DNA from: a virus
Lineage: Duplodnaviria; Caudoviricetes
Virus record (IMG/VR): IMGVR_UViG_3300042197_003621
Span: 1 to 39,416 of that record
Reading direction: 5' to 3' (one strand)
DNA length: 39,416 nucleotides
Part shown: positions 1 to 6,183 of the stretch, piece by piece
Layout: the number at the start of each line of letters is the position of its first letter
Position numbering within the stretch: the first letter of the stretch is position 1
The notes under the pieces: generated by a model
Seen by the model: the letters and a program-made list of their open reading frames with translations, nothing else
The model's database searches: none
Told to the model about the DNA's origin: nothing
Program-made: the position numbers and the translations under genes

Positions 1-470
1 AAGACGCCCGGATGGCGGACCATCGTCTCCCACTCCACTGAAACCCCCAGCGCGTACTCGGCGCAGTGGCGCCACGAGTTCCTCGCCTTGTAGTGCTCGA
101 AGTCCTCGAACCGCTCCCGGAGCAACAACGGCTTGCCCGTGGGCCCGAGGAAGTCCTCCGGCGTGAAGGGCTCCTTGAAGACGCAGTCCGCGTCGATGTG
201 GAAAACCAGATCCGTGTCTCTCGGGCACCACAGGTCCGCCTCGCACTTGCAGACTTGGTGGTGGAGGAAACCCTTGGACTCGGACTCGAAGTAGCTCCGC
301 AGCTCGACCCCGTGCTTCTGGGCCAGCGGCTTGAAGCGCGCCTCGTCCTTGGTCGGCACGACCATCGTCACCCCGGCAAAGCCGCGGGCGAACTTGTTGA
401 TCGACCTCAACGTGTAGGACGTGAAGTCGTAATCTTTGGCGTAGGTGACGAGAAAAAGTTGGGATTTCAC
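1..470 (-). CDS. Glycosyltransferase-like protein (GT-A type, DxD), truncated by the window edge
   Basis: Manual translation from GTG at 470: MKSQLFLVTYAKDYDFTSYTLRSINKFARGFAGVTMVVP...DLVFHIDADCVFKEPFTPEDF... The frame is open to base 1 and has a hydrophobic strand followed by DAD. Not in the ORF track. Confidence 0.6.
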   Translation of the reverse strand, partial: MKSQLFLVTYAKDYDFTSYTLRSINKFARGFAGVTMVVPTKDEARFKPLAQKHGVELRSYFESESKGFLHHQVCKCEADLWCPRDTDLVFHIDADCVFKEPFTPEDFLGPTGKPLLLRERFEDFEHYKARNSWRHCAEYALGVSVEWETMVRHPGV

Positions 471-681
471 ACTAGACAAGTCGGACGTAGCACTTGGGCT
501 TTCTCGATCGGCAAATGCGCGTTTTCCCGCAGCGCGATATGCGAACCCATACAGTCACCCTTGGTGTAGCTGTGGGCTTTTACAAAATCAATCACGGCCC
601 CATCGTCGTTGACGACGTGTTCGACGTAGCGTTCGGACAGGTCAGCCAGTAAGCGGGGACGGCATCCAGCTTCAGGATCAT
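467..681 (-). pseudogene. Possible internally deleted or frameshifted gene remnant, perhaps GT-like
   Basis: ATG at 681 overlaps the upstream stop (TGATG) and reads MILKLDAVPAYWLTC... A different frame (LSERYVEHVV...RPTCLV*) ends at TGA 469-467, overlapping the next GTG (GTGA). The 215-nt span is not a multiple of 3. Confidence 0.3.
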
Positions 682-938
682 CAGCAGTTCCAAGCCTTCC
701 TGCTCCAGTAGTTCGCCGACAATTTGCCCTCGCCGCCCTTGATCCCGCCGCTCCTCGCGCAGTACGACGACTTGCGCGCCGGCTGGTCCTTCTTGATCGT
801 CATCTTGGGGTCGCCGTAGCGGACGAGCCGGACCTTGTTCCCGACCTTGGCCAGCACGGCCGACTTCTTCGGCCCGCCCGGCGTGCGTTTCGGCTTGTTG
901 TAGCCGGCAAAGACCATCCCGCGATATTTGATGCTCAT
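681..938 (-). CDS. Conserved small basic phage protein
   Basis: MSIKYRG...KKSAVLAKVGNKVRLVRYGDPKMTIKKDQPARKSSYCAR...LSANYWSRKAWNC is a pattern I recognise from environmental phage hypotheticals. Start at 938 preferred because TTGACC lies 36 nt upstream. Confidence 0.7.
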   Translation of the reverse strand: MSIKYRGMVFAGYNKPKRTPGGPKKSAVLAKVGNKVRLVRYGDPKMTIKKDQPARKSSYCARSGGIKGGEGKLSANYWSRKAWNC

Positions 939-974
939 AAAGGGTGGGGTGTCAGGAACGGGTTTGCCGGTCAA
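939..974 (-). promoter_or_regulatory. Putative sigma70-type promoter, probably leaderless
   Basis: TTGACC-N17-CACCCC-N7-ATG; strong -35, degenerate -10. Confidence 0.3.
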
Positions 975-1102
975 TCCCGGTCGTAGTCGTAGGGGTGGCC
1001 ACGACGGGGATCGTGGTCATCGCTCCGGCCGCAGATGTACCCAGCCATCAGGCCGATCAGACAGGCAAACACGACGCACAAAATGATGGCTAGTCCGCTC
1101 AT
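971..1102 (-). CDS. Small single-TM membrane protein (possible lysis accessory)
   Basis: MSGLAIILCVVFACLIGLMAGYICG plus a charged tail; ATGA overlap with the endolysin stop. Confidence 0.5.
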   Translation of the reverse strand: MSGLAIILCVVFACLIGLMAGYICGRSDDHDPRRGHPYDYDRD

Positions 1103-1515
1103 TGAAGGAAGGTCGGCTTGGTCCGGATCTCCTCGAACAGGTTGTGGACCCGTTCGCCGTAGGGGCACTTCTGGTTCTTCTCCCGCAGCCGCAGCGCGCC
1201 CGTGAAGCCCTTGTTCCAGATGGAGCCGAGCAGGTAGGCGGTGGGCTCGATGCCTTTATCTTCCAGCCGCTTGGCATACTGGCGCAGGCGCGTGCCGGCC
1301 ACGGCGTAGGCAGCGCCGCGCTGCTTGGCGTAGGAGTAGGGCAGACGAGTCTCCTCCCGCCACGTCCGTTCCGTGAACTGGAGTCCGCCGCCCGGGTGCG
1401 ACCACGGCGTGTTCTCGGCCATCTCGATGGCGAGGATCAGGTGGCCCAGATCGGACGTGGGACGGAGGCCGCCCTCGGCCCCTACCATCCCGAGGAAGAA
1501 AGCCAGCGCGATCAT
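1099..1515 (-). CDS. Lysozyme-like / lytic transglycosylase endolysin with N-terminal hydrophobic anchor
   Basis: Catalytic Glu context AIEMAEN, then GGLQF...TW, WNKG and YGERVHNL, matching SLT/lysozyme-fold motifs; hydrophobic N-terminus MIALAFFLGMVG. Confidence 0.65.
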   Translation of the reverse strand: MIALAFFLGMVGAEGGLRPTSDLGHLILAIEMAENTPWSHPGGGLQFTERTWREETRLPYSYAKQRGAAYAVAGTRLRQYAKRLEDKGIEPTAYLLGSIWNKGFTGALRLREKNQKCPYGERVHNLFEEIRTKPTFLQ

Positions 1516-1778
1516 AACTGAGTTTCTCTTTCGGCAAATCTGGCCAGCTTCTGTTGGAGTTCGCCGATCTTGCCGAGCAGGCGAGCCTCGCGCTCCAAAC
1601 TCTTGCCGAGCAGCGCGGCTTGCTCCTGCACTTGTTCGGCTAACATATCGGCCTGCTCGCGGACCGCGAAAAGGATCCGGGCGAGCGACTCGACGTCGGA
1701 CGGCTCGTGACGGAAGACCGTGATGGTCCCGTCATCGTTGCGGCGGCAGAGTTCCGTGGAATCAGTCGTGTTGGTCAT
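1512..1778 (-). CDS. Hypothetical coiled-coil protein
   Basis: 88 aa with a heptad-like Q/E/L-rich C-terminal half; overlaps both neighbours. Confidence 0.6.
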   Translation of the reverse strand: MTNTTDSTELCRRNDDGTITVFRHEPSDVESLARILFAVREQADMLAEQVQEQAALLGKSLEREARLLGKIGELQQKLARFAERETQL

Positions 1779-1866
1779 TGTCGTAGTCGGGGCCGCGACG
1801 GCTTTGGAGGATCACGCCGACGGCGAGTCCGAGGATGAAAGCGATGGCGACGAGCACGATGGTCAT
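1762..1866 (-). CDS. Small single-TM membrane protein
   Basis: MTIVLVAIAFILGLAVGVILQSRRGPDYDNDQHD; ATGA overlap with the recombinase stop. Confidence 0.5.
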   Translation of the reverse strand: MTIVLVAIAFILGLAVGVILQSRRGPDYDNDQHD

Positions 1867-2489
1867 ATCACGGTCTTTCCCATCCGGATGTTGCGTTGAG
1901 CCTGCGCCAAGCGGAACGCCGTGGAGACGGACACCCCGCCAAGCTGGGTGGCCAATTCCCGCAGTTGGGTGCCCCCGTTGTCGAGCCACTTGCAAATGAT
2001 CTCACCGCGTTGCGGTTCGGGCACCATCCGCTTCGAGGCGTGACCCAGCTTGCGTCCGCGGCTCTTAGCCGCGGCCAACCCCGCCTTGGTCCGCTCCACG
2101 ATCAGGCTGCGCTCGAACTCGGCCACGGCGGCCAGAACGTGCATCTGGAGCCGGCCCGCCGGGTTAGACTTGGACGTGTCGATCCCCTGCCCGGGGCAGA
2201 CCAAGGCAACGTTGTGCTTGTCGAACTCCCCCACCAGTTGGGCGAAGTGCGACAGGGAGCGGGCCAACCGGTCCAGCTTCACCACCAGCACGGCGTCGAA
2301 GTGGTGCTGACGGACCCGTAGCATCATCAGGTCGAGCGACTCACGGCTCGACTTCGAGCCGGACACCACATCGGTGTACTCGGCGGTCACGGTCCAGCCG
2401 CGCTGCTGGGCGTAGGCCCGCAGCTCCTGCTGCTGGGGCTGGACAGTCTGGTCTTCAGTGGAGACTCGGTAGTAAAGGACGGTTCTCAT
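1863..2489 (-). CDS. Small serine recombinase (resolvase/invertase family)
   Basis: YYRVST catalytic Ser motif, VVKLDRLARS, AVAEFERSLIVERTKAGLAAAKSRGRKLG and a C-terminal HTH-like segment; 208 aa. Confidence 0.93.
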   Translation of the reverse strand: MRTVLYYRVSTEDQTVQPQQQELRAYAQQRGWTVTAEYTDVVSGSKSSRESLDLMMLRVRQHHFDAVLVVKLDRLARSLSHFAQLVGEFDKHNVALVCPGQGIDTSKSNPAGRLQMHVLAAVAEFERSLIVERTKAGLAAAKSRGRKLGHASKRMVPEPQRGEIICKWLDNGGTQLRELATQLGGVSVSTAFRLAQAQRNIRMGKTVI

Positions 2490-2495
2490 TCACGT

Positions 2496-2525
2496 ACGGG
2501 ATACGGTTCGGTGACGTCCTGTAAA
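2496..2525 (-). promoter_or_regulatory. Putative promoter of the resolvase/lysis unit
   Basis: TTTACA-N16-TATCCCGT, the same layout as the element before the capsid leader; ATG 36 nt from the start of the -35. Confidence 0.4.
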
Positions 2526-2536
2526 GAAAAATCTTG

Positions 2537-2737
2537 TTAAGATTTGAGTTTCGGGGGGCAGAAGTCTCCGGCCTGCACCCCGCAGGAGCGGGATTCCGAG
2601 GCCAGCAGCCGAACCACGTCGAAGACGCTCTTCAGCTTCTGCTCGCTCATAATCCGCAGGAGCGCGGCCCGTTCGTGCGGGTAGCAGGCGAACGTGGAGG
2701 TGATGGCCAAGGTGTGGCCTCGTTTGGATTCAGGCAT
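2537..2737 (-). CDS. Small putative DNA-binding protein (ribbon-helix-helix-like)
   Basis: MPESKRGHTLAITSTFACYPHERAALLRIMSEQKLKSVFDVVRLL shows a strand-helix-helix pattern; start is 2 nt after the upstream stop. Confidence 0.45.
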   Translation of the reverse strand: MPESKRGHTLAITSTFACYPHERAALLRIMSEQKLKSVFDVVRLLASESRSCGVQAGDFCPPKLKS

Positions 2738-2739
2738 AG

Positions 2740-3095
2740 TCAATCGAAGAGGGAGACTCAGTCGGCCGCGCAACGTCCCCAATCGTGTTGTTCGCGGACG
2801 GTCCGGCGGGCGTTGATGCAGGCGATGCGGAAGTCTTCAGGGTCCTTGGTGTAGCGGTCGATCGCCTCCCGGGCGTCGGCGACCAGTTGTACCCCAGCAA
2901 CGGGGTGATCCCGTCGATCGTGGTGCAGACCTGCCGGTAACGGTGCCGGAAGTAATGGTGTTCCATCCCGCTGTAGTGCAGTCGCCAATCCAGCAGGTTG
3001 GCGTAGATCCGGTGCTCCCAGAGCCGCTTGATCAGCCCGTGATGGATGGTGCCAAAGGCCCACCCGTTCTCGATGAAGAACAAAACGGAGTTCAT
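2740..3095 (-). pseudogene. Internally deleted GT-B (GT4-like) glycosyltransferase pseudogene
   Basis: N-part MNSVLFFIENGWAFGTIHHGLIKRLWEHRIYANLLDW... is coupled to the terminase stop by TGATG. It joins out of frame near 2885 to a GT-B-like C-terminus (AREAIDRYTKDPEDFRIACINARRTVREQHDWGRCAAD*VSLFD*) with an internal TGA where Trp is expected. Confidence 0.55.
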
Positions 3096-5086
3096 CAGTC
3101 CTTCATCATATCGGCCATATTGTGGATGTCGGTGTCGAACCCGTGCAGGTCGGACGCGCCGAACACGGAGTCGAAGCCCTGCCAGCCCATCGCCTCGCGG
3201 GGCGCGGGGTCCGTCCGCGTGTCCTTGGCCCTTGGCACGAGCGACGGCACCCGCATCCGGGCGACGTGGAGCATAATCAGGAACGAGTCGGCGCGGTCGG
3301 GAGAGGTCTCGCCGGTGCGGCCCTTGTAGGCGTCCTTGGCCTCGACCGATTGTTTCTTGCCGATCCCGACCTTCATCCCGCCCCGGCGCCCGGCCAGCTC
3401 CTCGCTGGTTTTTTGGTCGACGCCCCGGCCGATCCGCACGATGTCGTACTCGAAGAGTTTGGCCCCCGCCATCCACAGTTCGGTCGCGGTGCGGTCGTAG
3501 AGTTCCCGCGGGGTCTGCGTGTCCTCGTCGGCGACCTTCACGTCGCTGGGGCTGCCCGCGTACTCGACGCCGAGGATCGGCGCGGCGCCGTCGTCGGTCT
3601 CCGCCAGCGGCGCGACCTTGTCCTTCCACTGGCGGCGGATCACGTCGTGGACGCCCCGGCCCGTGCCCGTCTTGTCGATGCCAAAGTTCTCCGGTTTGAT
3701 GCCGAGTTGCCGGCAACGCGCCATATTCTCGTCGGCCACGTCCTGCGTGTCGCCGTGCGGCAGGATCGAGGTGCCGTCGGCTTGGATCTTGATCGCGGGC
3801 TCGGGCAGCTCGTGCCGCTCGCCCTTGTAGTCGACCCACGCGACGGCGCGGCCTACGCGGCCCAGCGTCATCGCCGGCAAGTCGCCGGTGAAGGCCGGGT
3901 CGGAGCCGGCGATCGTGACGGTGGGGCCGTCGAAGACCCACTCGCCCTCGGCGCGGCGGAGATGGTTCGAGTTGATGATCGTCGTCTGGACGCCGGTCTT
4001 GGGGAACCGGCCGTACACGTACGTGTAGACGTTCGGGTGCTGGTCGTTGCCGCCCGCCTGCGAGCGGATGATCTTCTGCACGCCCTCGTACGTGATCATA
4101 CGCGGGAAGATCGTCTTCTTGGACACCACGTTCTCGGTCCGCATCGCGTTGATCGAGATGACGTGCCAGCCGGTCTCCGACTCCCACTCCTCCTGATCGT
4201 CGGTGATCGAGTCCCAGCCGCCGACGGGTTTGCAGTTCAGACCGTACCGGGACCACTCGTCCTTCGGGTTGGCCGCGGCCATAATCTTGATGTGCTCGAC
4301 CGAGTTGTCGACCGACGAGAGCAGGTTGGGCGTCTCGTCGAAGATGTTGGCCGGGATCTCCTGCGCCTCGTCCAGCAGAATGCGGAGCCGCGAGTTGTCG
4401 CCGAACAGCGGGTGCGTCGGGCGGTTCTTGATCTTGGCGCCCTTCAGTTTGCCGCGGGACTTTGGCCCGCCCGGGATGACGAGGACGAAGATCCCCATAC
4501 CACGTTTCTTGTCGAGGGAGATGGACTCCGAGTCTACGTTGCCCGGCAGCGGCAGCACCGCCTCGGTGTGGAGACGCACGATGTCGGCGTAGAGGTTCTT
4601 CTCGACGTGATCCTGAGAGTTGGAGGCCACCTCGATGCGGGTCCACTCGGGGTCGAGCAACCAGTCAAGGACGCACCACGCCGAGGGGGTGAACGTCTTC
4701 CCCACCGAGCCGCAACCCATCACGTTGATCTGGTTCTTGGTGAAGAGCGCGCCCCACATCAGTTGCGCGGCCCGGGGCTCGGGCGTGAACGTCTTCGGGC
4801 CCCACAACACCAGCGCCGCGGCGACGTAGTCGCGGGCGTAGAGCAGCGAGTACACGTAGGCCCACGCCAGATCCATCATATCGGACCGGGTCTTCATCGG
4901 CCGGCGCAACGAGGCGTTGTTGGCGAGGTAGACCTTGAACGTGCGGTCCTTCAGCATCCGCTCCACCGCCTTCATCAGCGACGTGGGGTCTTCGGTCTCC
5001 CGGTGATGAAAGAGGTTCTGGTGGATGTAGCGCAGGTCGGCCCGGCGCGCCTTGTCGGGGATTATGACCGGCACGGTGATTCTCAA
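3095..5086 (-). CDS. terL: Terminase large subunit
   Basis: Walker A GCGSVGKT, Walker B ILLDEA, coupling motif AANP, RNase H-like nuclease acidic motifs GSDPA, GIDKTGTG and SPDRADS; 663 aa. Confidence 0.9.
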   Translation of the reverse strand: MRITVPVIIPDKARRADLRYIHQNLFHHRETEDPTSLMKAVERMLKDRTFKVYLANNASLRRPMKTRSDMMDLAWAYVYSLLYARDYVAAALVLWGPKTFTPEPRAAQLMWGALFTKNQINVMGCGSVGKTFTPSAWCVLDWLLDPEWTRIEVASNSQDHVEKNLYADIVRLHTEAVLPLPGNVDSESISLDKKRGMGIFVLVIPGGPKSRGKLKGAKIKNRPTHPLFGDNSRLRILLDEAQEIPANIFDETPNLLSSVDNSVEHIKIMAAANPKDEWSRYGLNCKPVGGWDSITDDQEEWESETGWHVISINAMRTENVVSKKTIFPRMITYEGVQKIIRSQAGGNDQHPNVYTYVYGRFPKTGVQTTIINSNHLRRAEGEWVFDGPTVTIAGSDPAFTGDLPAMTLGRVGRAVAWVDYKGERHELPEPAIKIQADGTSILPHGDTQDVADENMARCRQLGIKPENFGIDKTGTGRGVHDVIRRQWKDKVAPLAETDDGAAPILGVEYAGSPSDVKVADEDTQTPRELYDRTATELWMAGAKLFEYDIVRIGRGVDQKTSEELAGRRGGMKVGIGKKQSVEAKDAYKGRTGETSPDRADSFLIMLHVARMRVPSLVPRAKDTRTDPAPREAMGWQGFDSVFGASDLHGFDTDIHNMADMMKD

Positions 5087-5148
5087 TAACTTCTTTTACG
5101 TTGTCCTCAAGCCTTTATTGACCAGAACAATCCCGACCCCCTATTGCG
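5087..5148. promoter_or_regulatory. Divergent promoter region between terL and the structural operon
   Basis: AT-rich 62-nt gap between divergent genes with TTGACC at 5118-5123 on the + strand. Confidence 0.45.
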
Positions 5149-5298
5149 ATGCCATTTGAATCCAAAGCACAAGCCCGTTACCTTTTTGCGCGTGAGCCCA
5201 AGGTCGCCAAGCGTTGGGCCAAGGAGACGCCGAATATGAAGAAATTGCCGGAAAAGAAGGGTTCGCAAAGCGCCGCGGAGACGCGCCGAAAGAAGTGA
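5149..5298 (+). CDS. Conserved small basic phage protein (49 aa)
   Basis: MPFESKAQARYLFAREPKVAKRWAKETPNMKKLPEKK...; recognisable MPF.SKAQ...A.RW..ETP...LP pattern; GTGA overlap with the next gene. Absent from the ORF track, probably because of its size. Confidence 0.7.
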   Translation: MPFESKAQARYLFAREPKVAKRWAKETPNMKKLPEKKGSQSAAETRRKK

Positions 5299-5897
5299 AG
5301 ATCGGCCGTGGAAAGGTGCCGCCCAACGGGTGGCATTTCGAGGTCGTCCCCGGCCTGCGCTTGGAGGCGATCAACGAGGAGGAGCTGGTGAAGCTCATCT
5401 TCGAGTACCGTCTCCGCCACAACATCCCGGTCGGGGATATCGAGCGGGACATCGACGACTACTACTGTTCCCGTTGGCCCAAGGCGTGCCACAAGGAGCC
5501 CAAGGACTGGGTCTCCAATCCTGACCAAGTCGGTCACGTCTCGGCCGAGCCGTTGCTGAAGCGTGTGACTCGCTGGGCGGCCCTGATGATCCACGGCCAG
5601 CCCAAGGGCGGTTACTCCCTGATCAACGTGGACGAGGCAAACCGCCGTGCCAACATTTGCGTCGGGTGCCCCCGCAACCAAGGCTGGCGAGGTGGCTGCG
5701 CCGGGTGCAGCAGTTCAACTGCAACCGTACTTGCACAATTGCGTAAAGTTCAGTCAGTCAAGCAACAAGGAAACTTGATGGGATGTCAGGTTGGCGGGTG
5801 GGATAATGCCACCGCAGTGTGGATGCCTGCAACTGAATTGCCTTTAACCGACGACCAACTCAAGGCCCTCCCCGACCGTTGCTGGCGAAAAGTATGA
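5295..5897 (+). CDS. Cys-rich putative Zn-binding protein
   Basis: GTG start at 5295 (MKIGRGKVPPNGWHF); motifs RRANICVGCP, CAGC, GCQVGG and terminal CW. Confidence 0.7.
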   Translation: MKIGRGKVPPNGWHFEVVPGLRLEAINEEELVKLIFEYRLRHNIPVGDIERDIDDYYCSRWPKACHKEPKDWVSNPDQVGHVSAEPLLKRVTRWAALMIHGQPKGGYSLINVDEANRRANICVGCPRNQGWRGGCAGCSSSTATVLAQLRKVQSVKQQGNLMGCQVGGWDNATAVWMPATELPLTDDQLKALPDRCWRKV

Positions 5898-6172
5898 TCC
5901 TCCGCTGGTCCAGCCCTGTCTACTTGCTGAAAGCCTGTTTTAGGGCTCTCAAGTTCTTGTTGGCCGGCCGCCCTGTGCTGGCGCCGACGGAAGTGCAGCA
6001 GGAGCGTTACGCGATCTGCCAGAAGTGCCCCCTCCATTTGGACGGCCAATGCACGGTCTGCACCTGCTTCGTCAGTACCAAGGCGATGATCTCCTCGGAA
6101 AGCTGCCCCGACAGCCCGCCCCGTTGGAAGAGGTTGACATTCAGTACACCAACACCCAAACACGCTGACTAG
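5894..6172 (+). CDS. Small Cys-rich Zn-finger-like protein (DUF6171-like pattern)
   Basis: ERYAICQKCP...CTVCTCF...K...SCP....W; ATGA overlap with the previous gene. Confidence 0.7.
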   Translation: MILRWSSPVYLLKACFRALKFLLAGRPVLAPTEVQQERYAICQKCPLHLDGQCTVCTCFVSTKAMISSESCPDSPPRWKRLTFSTPTPKHAD

Positions 6173-6183
6173 GCGTAATTGCA

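Noticed and set aside
66-569. 167-aa plus-strand ORF
   Set aside because: Antisense shadow of the minus-strand GT-like gene (1-470), which has better motifs and fits the operon direction.
2740-2760. TGA-to-Trp genetic code reassignment
   Set aside because: Many genes end in TGA with ATGA/TGATG coupling and Trp is encoded by TGG throughout; a single nonsense change in a pseudogene is simpler.
3122-5089. 655-aa plus-strand ORF and the 638-aa alternative-frame ORF 2730..4646
   Set aside because: GC-rich shadow frames of terL. Only the last part of 2730..4646 (from 3095) is meaningful, as the GT pseudogene N-terminus.
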